A stretch of 64,000 nucleotides of DNA from Blasia pusilla (Eukaryota): contig CM114271.1 of the NCBI GenBank assembly GCA_050084515.1, positions 2,728,001-2,792,000 of the forward strand. Direction: 5' to 3'. Positions 1 to 14,512 of the stretch are shown one piece after another. Position numbers and translations under genes: made by a program. The notes below the pieces were generated by a model. The model was given only the letters and a program-made list of their open reading frames with translations. It was not told where the DNA came from and searched no databases. Numbering within the stretch: the stretch's first letter is position 1; every line of letters begins with the position of its first letter.

Positions 1-3000
1 CGACTTTACTTGCAGCTTCTTCAAAACAACTCGGCTCGAGTTCTTGAAGGGTAGTCATCATATATGCATGATGTGTCGCAAGGAAACCTTCATGTATGAA
101 TCTATGAACTGGATATGTAACTCTACTTGATCTACGAAGTTGTTATTCAGAGGTAGATGCCTCTGACACCTGACTCAAGCTCTGACTAGTATCAACAGAC
201 TGAATACGTACTCTTCCCGTCCATGGACTCACAGATTTAACTGATGAATTTAGGACCTCTCCTAATCTTGCACAAGTACTGGGGGAAGTTAAAGACCATT
301 TCTATTGGTTTACAATCATATTCTTCCATTCAACAGACGAGTTTATAGGTGGAATAGGCTCAGATGGAGCATACCATGACTTTAGCTCATCAAAGACAAC
401 ATCCCGACTAATAATAAGTTGCCTAGAGGATGGAATGTAGCACTTATATCCCTTAGTTAACATAGCCAATGAAGATACATCTTTCACACTTGGGATCTAA
501 TTTCTGACGTCTCTTAGAAGGATCATGACCATAACAAATAGAGCCAAATACTTTCAAGAAGGAAAAATCAGTTTTACTTCTTGTGAAGACTTCAAATGAA
601 ATTTTATCATGAACTCTTACTGTTGGAGTTCGGTTGATTAAGAAGACTGCACATGCTACAACCTCTGCCCAATACACCTTAGGCATGTTCTTCTCATTCA
701 GCATAGCTCCTGCCACTTCAACAATATGTCGATTCTTCCTCTCAACCACTCCATTTTTTTGTGGAGTGTAACGGCAAGTCACGTGACGTTGGATACCATT
801 CTGACGTAAATAATCATCAAACTTTGTTAAAAGATACTCTCCTCCTCCATCACAACGCAATTTCAGAATGTGTTCTCAAGTCTGCTTCTCTACTAGAACT
901 CTGAATGTTTAGAACACTGAGAATACCTCTGACTTGGCTTTAAGAAAGTATACCCATATATACCTAGAGAAGTCATCAATAAATGAAACAAAGTATTGGC
1001 AACCACTAAGACTAAGTTGTGATGTTGTCCACACATCATTGTGTGGATCAACTCCAATATCTTGGATGCTCTTCTACCTTGCTTTGGAAAAGGAAATCTA
1101 ATTTATTTTCCAAATTGGCAAGGAGGACATACCTCTAACGTAGCAAGACTCGCTAATTTAGGGAGTCTTATTACTATATTAGATGATGAAAGACTCTGTA
1201 ATCTTTGAAGATTCATACGTCCAATTATTTTATGCCACACATTTAGATTTGTGACTTGTTGGCCGGCTTGATCATACATTAATGTTTGAATCTCTGGCAT
1301 AAAAACATCTAATTTGAACATTCTTCCAAATATAGTTCCTTTGGCTATCGTAGTCTGGTCATCCATTGTTTGAATGAAATAATCATCTGTGTTAAACTTC
1401 ACTTAATAACCCTCTTCTACTATCTGTCCTACACAGATCAAGTTTCTTGCAATGGTAGGAACATAGAGAACATTTCCAAGAGCACAAAGACCATCTGATG
1501 CTATTAGAACTTTATCGGTATGCGTGATATGATGTTGAGCGTCATCTCCTTTGAGCACAATTGCATGATCTTTCACCGCCTCCAAACTAGTAAACCCTTT
1601 AGCTTGTGAGGTCATGTGATTTGATGCACCAAAGTCAATGTACCAATCTGTTGTTGAGTCTTTCTTGACCATTGCTCCCATATAATGAGTCATGACAAAG
1701 AGATGCTCCGTTTGTGAACATTGTTATTCTTGGTATTGCTCTTGGTGTTGTTGCTCCACATAGTTTTATTTTTGTAAGGCTCCTATTCTCATATCTGCCT
1801 TCTTGAAGCAAAACTTTGCATAGTGACCCTTTATCCCACAGGAATTACAAGATCCAGGGACCCTCTGCTGCTGACCTCGACCCCAACGGTTTCCACCATC
1901 ACCACCTTATGATTGTGTCTAGTACTGGTTCGTAGTTGATTGAGTGACGTTATATTGAGTGCCTCTTCTTCCATATCCTTGGTATCCACCACGACCACAA
2001 AAGTTTCTACCATGACCCTTGCCTCTGTTTGATCCATAACGTGCAAATAGCGCACTCTCTTGCAGACTAGACGAGCTACCGCTACCTACTAGGCGCATCT
2101 CTTCATTGATTGACAGAGGGACTAACTCTTGAAAGGTTGGATACTTCTCTCTCATAGAGATAGAGGTATCAAAGGAGTTGTAATCCTTTGGAAGGCCTTA
2201 AAGAGTGAACAAAATCATATCATCATCTTCTACTGTCACTCCAATGCTATTCAACTGATCAACAATATGTCTAATACTCAAAATATAATCATTGATGCTC
2301 TACGATCCTTTCCTCACTTCGTTCAACTGTTGTTTCAATTGAAACTTTTTGGCCTTTGTAGATGTTTGGAATAGTTTTTCCAATGCATCCCAGGACTCTT
2401 TCGGAGTATCAACATCTTGAATGTGACCTATCATTAACGAACTGATCGTTATTGAAAATTAGTGGATTACTTGCCTTGCGCGTTTGTTCCAGGCGCGAAC
2501 ATTCAAGTTTGTTGAGTCACCTTCTCGTTTGGCCTCATCACGTGTGACAAGCTCCCATAGTTCTTGACCCATGAGAAATTTTTTCATGCAAAACTTCCAG
2601 ACATTGTAATTCTGCTTATCTAGCTTCTCGCCTATGATTGCTGTTGAAGAATACTCCATGACGAACGCTTTCACTCACAAAAATGTAATTTTAGGCTCTC
2701 CTACTACTCCAATTGAAGCATAAATCACTCCTACCAAAAAATTGACCTGAAATTTGCCAAAAATGATCAACTGTATGAAAGAACTAGTCGAAATTGGCCT
2801 GTAGAGAGCAAACTGCATAACTTTTCTTCACTAATTGCACTTTCCTACACTGAAATTGCTACTGTAGGAGCTCAGAATGTCAAAATTGAGCGATTTTGGG
2901 TGCGTTGGAAAGATCTCGATAAGCTCTACAAGTAAGTTGGAACAAGCCTACAGTGTCGTTATAGCTGCTGCGGACCCAGATGGCTAAATCAACCGGGAAA

Positions 3001-3468
3001 GCCCTAAAAAATGCCTCCAAATTTTTATCACCGTCAAAATCCACTGAAATCTGTACCCACTGAGCTCGGAACAAAATTTCCTTCTCCCAAACTGAAATTG
3101 TGCCTTCTCTTGCCTCTCTTCTCTCCTCAAACACCAAGATTTTCAAGTGATGTTCTCCTATCACTCTAATATCATGTGGAAAATTGCTAAAGAAGCATAA
3201 TTGGTTAGAAACGGCTCTCACTCACACACCACCGTGGAGAACAAAATTTGCAATGAGAGAATGAGTGGAAGCTGGTCCCCTTCTCAATTCTATAGGGTAT
3301 GTACAAGTAATCCTAACCTTAATCATAGTCCCGAGTTAGACTAAATGTGATTAACTAACCCTAGTTAAGATAATCGTACTCAACTGACTAACCAAGATTA
3401 AGTTTCCCGACTTCGTGTGAGTACCAAATGTAGTAGTTCAAGTGTCTTATGAGCTTGACTGTAACTCA
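1..3468 (-). mobile_element. Degenerate Ty1/copia LTR retrotransposon, copy A (runs off the left edge)
   Basis: Minus-strand fragments occur in copia order: gag N-terminus (GEKLDKQNYNVWKF), CCHC knuckle near 1810-1850, protease (WYIDFGASNHM), GAG-pre-integrase (NVWHKIIGRMN) and integrase (RCDGGGEY...TPQKNGVVERKNRHIVE). There are many stops and frameshifts. Confidence 0.93.
3175..3468 (-). repeat. 5' LTR of copia copy A (294 bp, TG...CA) with degenerate tRNA-iMet PBS at 3163-3174
   Basis: The minus strand reads TGAGTTACAG...TTTTCCACA and is followed by TGATATTAGAGT (consensus PBS TGGTATCAGAGC). Homologous sequence occurs at 8992-9292 and ~11985-12230. Confidence 0.85.
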
Positions 3469-6400
3469 ATCATCAATACTCATCGCCTGAGACAACGTGA
3501 AAGATTGAGGAAGCTTGGTCTGTTTCTTGGCTTCTCCCGACCGTGGATCCAACTCTGCGGTTGTCCCACGCGTCACAACTTCGGCGGCCTCCATTTGGGC
3601 AATCCCACATATCCAACCAGGATCCTCCATATCTCTGGCTCCTCCATATGATGCCGATGTCACGGATCCGGCATAGCGTAACCTTAATGCCATAGAGGCA
3701 ATCTGCTCGTATAGCTGCTGTATCTGAGCAGCTATCCCAGCCTCACGCTTGGCGTCTTCCTCGACGTGTCTAGGTGGTGAGACTCTACCTCCTCCACGGG
3801 AAACTCCACCATCCTGTCGGGAAACTCCAGCTCCTCGTCGCCCAACGGGACCACCTGGTACACGACCTCTAGGCCCACCCGAACCGGCTACTCACTTTGG
3901 TGCCCTCTCTGGCCCTCAGTCCGGACATAACTTTGGGTATAAACTGAAACACCTGGCGCATGTGTGACCATACCTCTGACAAAGTCACACTTATAACACC
4001 CTAATGCAGCACCATCTCCTCCTCCATGCTGAGGCACATGTCCATGACCCTAACGAGTGCAATCACGCTGATGATGGGCTCCACCACACGACCAACAAGT
4101 AATCCTAGGCGGTTGCTGCTGAGCCGCATATGAAGAAGCAGGTCTCTGTGGCGCGGCCTCCCGGTATTCTCCCTGACCTCGTGGTGCCACAGTCAACCTA
4201 TCTTGGAGTCCACGTTGCTACATTGGTGGTGCAGGCAATCATGACTACTCTCGCCCAGAACCCATGGTGGCTACGCTCTCCTCCTCCATGTTGCACTCAA
4301 TGTTCTCGGCGGTCCTAAAAACATCTCTCAACGTAGGGGAGGTGTTCATAAGAAGCACCCCCTCCCGCACCCATATCCGCAGGGTCCGGTTCAGCATCGC
4401 GTACCTTGATTGGATAGCCTAAGCCTCTATCACCCCCTGAGTGACATTGATCAACCGGCGCAAGCGAGTGTAAGCCTCACACAAACTCTCATCCGGGAAG
4501 CTCTGGAAGCCGTGGATGCTCCGCAACTTCTCTGTCTGTATCCCCTGGTAGCTCGCCCTCAACTCAGCGAAGAACTCAACAACGAGGTTGAACCTGGGAT
4601 GAATCCGACTAGACGGTGCAACTGCTCCAGTGCGAGTGATCCCTCCTAAAACATCACTAGTGGAAGAGGAAGTAGCCTCTCATGACTCCTCGTCCTCATT
4701 TGGGAACGGCTCTCTCCATGACACATAGTGTGGGTCATAGTAGAGTCGCCATGCCTCAATCTCCTGGGTATATCTGTGGGAGAACTCATGGTAATCGTCC
4801 ATGGCGCCCCCTCTAAATGTGGACCATACCATTCCATGTTGTAAACGGGTTGAACTCTCTACAATTCCTAGCCCGCTGTGAGTCACACCAACTCCTAAAC
4901 TCTGCAATGAAGTCGTGTAGCTCTATAGTGCCTACATCACCCAAAAACCTACGCGGTCCTCTACTTCGGCCGTCCATCTCATACGCCCAACTGGTAGGAC
5001 CACTCAATCTGTACAGTGGATCACTAACACACTCCTCTACATGCTCCCCCTCGTCTGACGACGACAGAGAAGGAGATCCAGGTGGTCTCTCACGTGGAGA
5101 CCCTCGAAACCTCGCACCACTCCAGGTAAACCCTACGGAGCTACTCTCAGATCCACTACCTCGTCTCTCAAAATCCCAAAAGGATGATGTGATGACCCTC
5201 ATGCCCCTCTCACACGATCACTCTCAATCTTGCAAGTAATCCCTCAATCACTCAAACTAAACATGCGGCACTCAATCTACACTCTCTCACTCACACGTGT
5301 GTTGTGCGACAACAAGCGGCATGGTCCGGCAAATCAATTGATCTATCGTCTCATTGACAAACCATCCTCAACTCTGGACATCCCACACAACTCTATGCCC
5401 CCTAAACCCATACATCATCAATGCTCTCAGCATCAGCACGAAACCCAATATCCCAAATAACTTGCCAATACCCGGAAATCCCTCACGTGCAGGATAAGAG
5501 ACCACAATGGGTAACCTGACAATAATTTCGATGTCGCTCCTCGGCAACTGCGAATCTTGATCCCAACTCGATTGTGAAGACAACTCCTCCAATCAACAAG
5601 TCGTACTCCTCTGGTACTGACGAAGCTCAAACCTCGTTAATATGCGGTGCGGATCCAGCGGTACGGTGCAGCACGGAACAGCTACAGAATGGCACGACAC
5701 TCGATAATGGAATGCAACACTCCGCGGCATACCCTCCTCAATCAGAAATATACACGCTTTGATCCTTAGTGAAGGAGCGGCTCCGTGATTGAGACGGTGC
5801 GGTGTGGCCACGAGCGGCACGACGCGGAAATTGACGGCGCGTTGCGACTACGAGGGTCACGGCATGGTACTCGATCTTCGTCGAGCGGCTACCAATCACA
5901 ACATAGTAGAATGAAATGAAAACTCAAATCCCATAACCCAAGGTCACCTACCATCACTCGTTAATGACAAAATTGCGATGACATTGGTGGCCACAACAAA
6001 GTACGTGGTGGCGGCGCAAGTCAAAGAATCAACGGTCGTCGTGGAAGACCGTCCACTCCATAATGGTGGCAATGGCAACCAACGGCGGACAAGGGCCGAA
6101 CACGACTCTGAGTGGCGGTATGCCACAGCGGCGGTCAACGGTCAAAGGTCAACGGCGGACGGCGATGATGGACTGTTGACGGTGACAATGGACCGTCGAT
6201 GGCGGACCGTCAAAGGTGACGGTGGATTGTCGACAATGACGGTGGATTACCATGGAGAGAGCTTGGAAGAGGGGAGGGATATACCTCAAGGAGAGAGAGT
6301 TTGAGAGCTCATTCTCTCTTTGTAAAATAAGGTGAAATATCTTTCACATGTGTGCACTCTCATATGTCTGTCTCAATGTCAAACCAAACCCACTCTCCTA

Positions 6401-6854
6401 ATGAGAGGCTTGGGTTACACTCACAAGGCAAGGGACCATAGCTCCGCCGCCTCATGTCAAGAGGTTCAACAAAGAGAGAATGAGCTCTCAAGCTCTCTCT
6501 CCTTGAGGTATACCCCTCCCCTCTCCCAACCTCTCTCCATGGTAACCTATGCTCCCAAGTCACCTCCTTGGCTCTTGACGTGATGTAGGTGGTTAAGGGC
6601 CACTTCCTCAAATAGAAAGTATACCATATACTCAAAATACTTACTAATAGCAGGTTCCTCTATATTGCCTAAGGTACTTACCTAAAATAGTAGGTTCCTC
6701 AATATTGCTCCAAATGAGCCGAAACAAAGGGGAAACCTGCTCTCTTAGATTCCTTGGGGCCTGAGCAGGTCATCCTCGGCCTCTTGAGCCTATCCTCCAC
6801 TACTCATGAAGGCGCTCTACTAGATCTCACCGATCTATCCTAAAAGACGTGACA
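3469..6854 (-). mobile_element. Degenerate Ty3/gypsy-like retroelement remnant (LTR-like end plus gag with two zinc knuckles)
   Basis: The minus strand gives knuckles CWSCGGAHHQRDC (~4057-4097) and a frameshifted CDFCQRYGHTCARC (~3950-3990), plus gag-like GPRRFLGDVGTIELHDFIAEFRSWCD. The LTR-like start TGTCACGTCTTTTAGGATAGATCG at 6854 recurs at 28408 on the other strand. Confidence 0.65.
6247..6545. repeat. 77-bp inverted repeat (6247-6323 / 6469-6545), 4 mismatches, 145-bp spacer
   Basis: Direct base-by-base comparison of the two arms. Confidence 0.9.
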
Positions 6855-7776
6855 AATTTCATGTTGCTTAGTTCTATCCAAGCACTGCTTCTTAATCTGA
6901 TCCGTGCATGCAAATATTCTTATTTTATAAATACACATCACATCTTATATTCCATGGAGATAAAACATCATACAAAAAACCAACAGATCATATGACATTA
7001 GTTGGAATCTTATGAGGAGTCAGCCTTCGATCAACCAAATTGATATCCAAAAGTTTTCGAGTCAATTTTCCAACAATGTGCGTGATAGGAAATGTTGATG
7101 GTGTGTTATGGGCCATAGTAGCGATCTTTGTAGCATAATTTTTTGGGATGAGTTGGGATCTTGACATATGACAAGACCAACCAATGAAGAATGAGGGTCA
7201 GATCGTGGAGGACTATGTTGTCTAAGAGTTTCCGATTGGCATGACACAATATGCAGATTGGAGGCTAGTGATATGCATATGTGAGGTGTTGCAACACATA
7301 GTGGGGATCAACACATTTGCCATAAATGGAGTGAGGTCTTCATTCTAGAGAGTGATGAGACTAATGATAGATGTGAAGTGGGACCATTGATGTTGGCATC
7401 CTTCGTCATATCTTTTGTAGAAGAACGATGCGTATCCGCGTGTCACTTTGGTGGAGACCAAAGGTTGAGCATAGTAGGTTGAGAATGACTTACTGAGGAA
7501 TAGGGTACCGTATAAGTGTAGATTTCCCCTTGGTTTGGGCTCATTTAGAGCCTATTTCAAAAACTTGCTAATTCAAATAAATCACATATTTTGATGTAAT
7601 TGATATTTCATTCGTAGAAAGAGACCCTCTTTCCACTATTTCAAGTTTAGGGTTAAGGAGATGACATGCATGCATAGGTTTTTCAACGAGATAGCTTGGG
7701 GAGACAGAGGTTGGGAGTTCATTTTCTCTTTGCTTGAGACGGCGAAGGTATGGTGCATCTAGTAATCCCAATCTCT

Positions 7777-7982
<206 letters not shown>

Positions 7983-7999
7983 TGCTCTCTCCAACCCTA

Positions 8000-10900
8000 A
8001 TAAACTCAACACTTAGAAAATACTTGAGTTCAGCTTAGTCCTTCATATCAAATTTTGCTTGTAAGTTTAGTTTGACTTGTTATACCATAGCTTCAGTACT
8101 CCCAGTAATCAAGAGCTCATTAACATATAACATAATAATAATTGTACGGCACGGATAGAGTTTTCTTTTAACCAACATACACGGAATGGAAAATTGAGAT
8201 ATTCAGATCCATTTGGTTGAGCATATATATATATATTCTCATGTAGATCTCCATTCAAGAAGGCATTCTTCATGTTCATGTGATGTAGTCTCCACTTCTT
8301 GCTCATTGCAATTGCAACCATTGTTCTTGTAATGGCCATCTTTCCAACAAGGCTAAATATCTCCTCATAATCGCTATCATATTGTTGTGCATAGCCCTTG
8401 GTTACCAATTTGGCTTTGTATGTGTTCTTCCTACAATCTTGATTGCACTTGATTTTGTAAACCCATCTCTAACAGCTTTCTTACTGGAAGGTATATCAAT
8501 GAGCTCCCAAGTCTGTTGATATCTTAATGCAACAAGCTTTTCCTCCATAAATTCAATCCATTTGACCTTACATATAACTTCTTCAAAACAACTTGATTCT
8601 TTTTCTTGAAGGGAAATCATTATCTGTACATGATGAGTTGCAAGGAATCCTTCATTTATGAATCTAGGAACAAGATATGTGACTCTACCTAATCTACGAA
8701 GTTGTTGCTTAGAGATTAATGCCTCTGACATCTAACTTGGGCTCTAACTAGTGTCAAAAAACTAAGCACGTTCTCTTCCCATGCCAACTATAGATTGTCA
8801 GATTTAACTAAAGGGTTGAGGACCTCTTCTAACCCTCCACTCGTACTTGGGGAATTTGTAGGAAATTTTTGTTGGTTTACAATCATATTCTCTCTATCAA
8901 TAGACAAGTTTAGAGATGGAATATGCTCAAATGGAGCATACCATGACTTTGGCTCATAAAAAAGACCTTACGACTAATAATTTTTGAAATTTGAGTTACA
9001 ATCAAGCTCATGAGACACCTGATATGCTACATTTGGTACTCACACAAAGTAGTGAAGCTTAATCTTGATTAGTCAGTTAAGCGCGATTATCTTTATTATG
9101 GTTAGTTAATCACAATTAGTCTAACTTGAGGCTATGGTTAAGATTAGCGTTAGGGTTGCTCGTACATACCTTATATAATTGAGAAGGGGACCAGCCTCCA
9201 CTCATTCTCTCATTGCAAAATTTTATTCTCCATGGTGGTGTATGAGTGTGAGTTGTTTCCCACCAATTATGGTTCTTTAGCAGTTTTCTATAATAATAAG
9301 CTACCTAGAGGATGGAATGTAGTACTTTGATCCCTTAGTTTCATCAACGTAGCCAATGAAGACACGCCTCTCAAATTTGAGATCTAATTTCTGACGCCTT
9401 TCAGAAATTAAGAACATGAGCATAAAAAATACATCTTAAGACTTTCAAGAATGAGAAATCAGGTTTAGTTCTTGTGAAGACTTTGAATGGAATCTTATGA
9501 TGAACTCCTTCAATTGTTATTTGTTTAACGTTGATTAAGAAGATTGCGCACACTACAGCCTTTGACTAATACATCTTAAGGATGTTCTTCTCATTCAACA
9601 TAGCATGTGTGGCCTCAGTAATTTTTCGATTCTTCCTCTCAACCAACTAGCGCTTTTACTTAGCTTTCAGAAAGTATATCTATATATATCTAGATAAGTC
9701 ATCAATAAATGAAATAAAATACTGAAAATCACGAAGGCTATGTCATAATCTTGTCCATACATCATTGTGAATCAACTCCAATATCTTAAATATTCTTCTA
9801 TCTTGCTTTGGACATGGAAATCTAGCTTGTTTTCCAAATTAGCAAGCAAGGCATATCTCTTACATAGTTGGACTTGATAATTTATGAAGTCTTATTACTA
9901 GATTAGATTATGAAAGACTCTGTAATCTTTGAATATTTATATGCCCAATTCTCTTATGCCATACATTAAGATATAAGACTTGTTGGCCAGTTTGACCATA
10001 GGTTTTTATTTGAATCTCCACCATAGAAACATCTAATTTGAACATTGTGCTAGATCTTGTTCCTTTGGATATCATAATCTCGTCATCCATTATATCAATG
10101 AAACAACCATGTGTGATAAACTTGACTTGATAATCTTATTTTGCTATCTATCTTGTAGAGATTGAATTTCTTGCAATGATAGGAACATAGAGAATATTTC
10201 CAAGAGCACAAAGACCATGTAATACTATTTGAACTTTACCAATATGCATAATATGATGTTGAGTATCATTTCTTGTGAGCTCTATCACTATATTAGATTA
10301 TGAAAGACTCGGATAATTTTTGAATATTTATATGCCCAATTCTCTTATGCCATACATTAAGATCTATGATCTGTTGGTCAGATTGACCATACATTGTTAT
10401 TGGAATCTCCACCATAGAAACATCTAATTTGAACATTGTGTTAGATCTTGTTCCTTTGGATATCATAATCTAGCCATCCATTATTTCAATGAAACAACCG
10501 TGTGTGATAAACTTCACTTGATAACCCTATTTTGCTATCTATCTTATATAGATTGAATTTCTTGCAATAGTAAGAACATAGAGAATATTTCCAAAAGCAC
10601 AAAGACCATCTAATGCTATTTGAACTTTATCGATATGGGTGATATCATGTGAGTATCATTTCTTGTGAGCTCTATTACAGGATCTTTGACACGCTCCATA
10701 CTACTAAACCATTCCGTTTGTGAGGTCGAGTGATTTGATGTACCAGAGTCGATGTACCAATCTGTTATCGAGTCTTTCTTGACTATTTCTCCCATATGAT
10801 GAGTCATAACCAAGAGGTGCTCAATTTGTGAATGTTTTTGTTCTTAATATTGCACTTTGTGTTGTTGCTCCACATAGTTTTGGTGTTGTAAGGCTTACAT

Positions 10901-12230
10901 TTTCATATCTGCCTTCTTCTTGAAACAAATCTATGTATAGTAACCCTTTAGCCCACAATAATTGCAAGATCCAAGAACCCTTTGTTCTTGATCTCAAGCC
11001 TAATGGTTAGCACCATCATCACCTTATGATTATGTCTGATACTCGTTGAATTTGGTTCATAGTTCATTGAGTGAAGTTATGTTGAGAGTCTCTTCCTCCA
11101 TATGCTTTATATCCATCAAATTATGGAAGCTTCTCCTACAACCACAAATCTTTTAGAAGACCTTGAAGAATGAAAAAATTCCGGTCATGATCTTCGACAG
11201 TCATTTAAAGACTATTCAACTGATCAAATTTATGTTTGATACTCAAAATATATTCATTGATGCTTTACAATCCTTTCCGTACTTTTCAATTTTTATTTCA
11301 ATTGAAGCTTTTTAGCCTTTATAGATGTCTGGAACAAATTTTCCAATGTATCCTAGAACATTCAAGTATGTTGAGTCATCTTCACGTTTGGCCTCATCAT
11401 GTATAATAAGCTCCCATAGTTCTTGATCCATGAGAATTGCTTCATGCAAAACTTCCAAATATTATAAGTCTGCTTATCTAGCTTCTTGCCTCTAATTGTG
11501 CTAAGGAATACTCCATAGGAATAATTTTACTCACAAATTGTAATTTCAAGCTCTCCCCTATTCCAATTGAAGTATAAACCACTCTTACAAAGAAATTGTC
11601 CTGAAATTTTCCAAAATTGATCAATTATATATAAGAATTAGTTAAAATTGGCTCGTAGAGAGCAAAGTGCACAACTTTCCTTCACTGATTTCACTTTTCT
11701 ACACTAAAATTGCTATTGCATAAGCTAAGAATTTCATAATTAAATAATTTTGGGTACGTTGGAAAGCTTTCAACAAGCTCCACAAGACATACAGAACAAG
11801 CAATTGGCATCGTTTTGATTGTCGTAGTTCTAGATTGCTCAATCGGTCAACAAAGCCTTAAAAAGACTTCAAAGTTTTGTCACCGTTACAGCTCCACGTG
11901 AAATCTTCTTCCATTGAGCTTTGACTGAAATTTCCTTGCCCCAAACTGAGGTTGTACCTCTTCTTTCCTCTCTAGTGTCTTCTTACACACACACACCACC
12001 ATGGAGAACAAAATTTTGCAATGAGAGGATGCCTTCTTTTGCCTCTCTCCTCTATAGGGTATGTATAAGCAACCCTAATCCTGACCATAGTATTGAGTTA
12101 TACTAATTATGGTTAACTAATCATAGTTAAGATAATCATGCTTAATTAACTAACCAATATTAAACTTTCCTACTTTGTGTGAATAATAAATGTAGCAATT
12201 CGTATGTCTAATGAGTTTGACTATAATTCA
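8000..12230 (-). mobile_element. Degenerate Ty1/copia copy B (same family as copy A), truncated in RT
   Basis: Co-linear with 1-3468 and extends into RT (VTKGYAQQYDSDYEEIFS, MNMKNAFLNGDL, ITGS...KFDMKD). A rearranged 5' LTR lies at ~11985-12230 and a ~390-bp internal tandem duplication at ~9901-10680. Confidence 0.9.
8992..9292 (+). mobile_element. Solo LTR of the copia A/B family, inserted in opposite orientation inside copy B
   Basis: Reverse-complement match to 3175-3468. The flanks (CGACTAATAA / ATAATAAGCTACCTAGAGG) are contiguous in copy A at ~405-430. Confidence 0.85.
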
Positions 12231-14512
12231 CTCTTTAATATCTTTTAGTTTTCTTGGTAATTAGTAATTTGAAATATAGATTTGAGTGACATGTGTGCAT
12301 AGATCACCTTCTTGGAGCCTTGGAGGGCTCTACCCCAAAGGGAGGCTTGGAGAGGCTCATGTTTCTATAGTTAAGCCTTCCAAGCACAAGCGAGGGTGGG
12401 ATGTCATCAAGGATGCCTTAGACATGGATTCTCTCATATTGAGGGTGGAGTCGGCATGATTTTTATTCAATGATTCGAAGATAAGTGTATTTCCCAACTA
12501 ATTTTTCATTCAAGGTGGCTTGCGCATCCAAGTCATTGTCAAGCTAGTAGGCTTATATATGAGTTATAATGAGTAGATTCACAAAAGACCTAAACTAAAG
12601 CCTCAATTTAATCTCAATGTAAATCCTACCTAGTATAGTAGTACGTATATCATAAAAATTAGCTTTTATGCGAGAATCGAGAAACACAATGCGTCCAAGA
12701 AAATTTTGTTCAAAGATAAATTTCTACGAAACTAGATGGTATAAGATTCAATGTTATTTTTCTCTAAGTGGTAGCTTTCAATGGATTTTAGCAAAACTTA
12801 TCGTAGTTTAGTTTCATCATATCCAATACTTCTTTGATGAAGGCCTGATAACTTTTGTACTAAAATTTTAAGCATCCAATATATCTTTTACGTTACCCTA
12901 GGAGACTGAGAAAGATTATGCTTTTCGAGTAGCCTTATTATGTACTAGTAAACATGCCCATATGATATATAGGTATTTATGATATAAATATTTTTTCTCT
13001 TTTAAGAAAAAAATAGCAATTTTATAGTAATAATTTTTGAAATATATAAAAATGGAAAAAGATGAAAAAATCCGATAAAGGGAAAAATCAAGATTCCTTT
13101 ATGGTCTTAAAAATGCCAAAAAAAATACAAGAAAAAAAAAGAAAATTGGAAGAAATGGAAATAGAACGGAGATATGAATTGTAGCAAGGGGAAAATAGGA
13201 ATTCTGACGTCATTGAGAAATTCCAAATTTTGATTGACTATTTTCAACGATTAAAATCTTCTAAAAAAGAACTAAAAACAATGGATTCGACAATAATTGT
13301 TCTAAACAAATTTCAAACGATCACATCCATGAAAAATTTGACATGCATGAAGCCTTTGGACACATGTTATAGTTTGGACTTATACCGTCGGCTGGAGAAG
13401 CAATGTATATGTAGAGGAAAAAATCTTAATTTTCAGCCCAAGAAAGGTGAAAACAAAGTTGGATAGAATAAGCTATCAAGTGTATAAAAGCGGGTGACTA
13501 AGGCCACAACCAAAGGGAGGGAGACCAAAAAAAAAAAGGGTTTAGGAATGGTTGCCTTGTGCCCAACTTGCATGCAACCTTGACCTACATGGGACTAATA
13601 AACACAAAAAAATCTTTAAAAAATTGTTATGTGTCATATGAAAAAAAAGAAGCTTGCTGCCCATTACCATGTGTTTGCAAATTGAAAAGCCATTGCCCAA
13701 TATCAATATACATGAGGGTAAAGGTTGGGTGAAAAAGACCAATAATTTCTTACCAAAATACTAGTTGAAGCTCGAGCCTAAACCAAGGACTTTAGGCCTA
13801 AGGCTCTAGTGCCCTACATGTCAAACAAGGAATAAGAATTTAATTGTTATCTGCATGTAACTCTAGTTTGAGTTATATCAACTACATCAAAAGACGCAAA
13901 AAAATATTGATAATTGTAATTTTCAGAGGGGAAGAAATATTCTATGCATAATTTATATAAGATAAGTAAAAAAGTAAAATAGGATGAATTTATTTTCTAT
14001 TTATAGGCCTTAAAAATTAATGTGAATCCACATATGGCACAAACATTATAAATATGTCAAAATTTTCAAGCCAAACATGGACTCACACATGTTAAATTTA
14101 AAATAAAAGATGAGTCAATTTTTCATATATATTATCATTACCATAAGAATTAAAAAATTAGTTGTTTTTTTAACACTTGGTATCTTTTTTTCAAATATCA
14201 AAATTGATATTTTCATTCGTTGCCATCAAAACTCTTTACATGTTTTTTTCACAAAAGAGTTGTTGTTTTTCATATGAGAAAATATTCACACATCACACGT
14301 GCCATTAAAGTAATGTAAGATATGCTCCTTTTCAATATTTTATAACATAAAATAAACACAATAAGATTATGAAAATACTAGGATACAAAGTATGATCTAT
14401 AGTATTATTGGCCTCTTTCCATGTGAAATAAGACAAGATAGCATATCAATGAAATGAAATAGTAACTCATTTCATATTTTAATTTTTTAATTCCCCTTGA
14501 GGTTGGACACTA

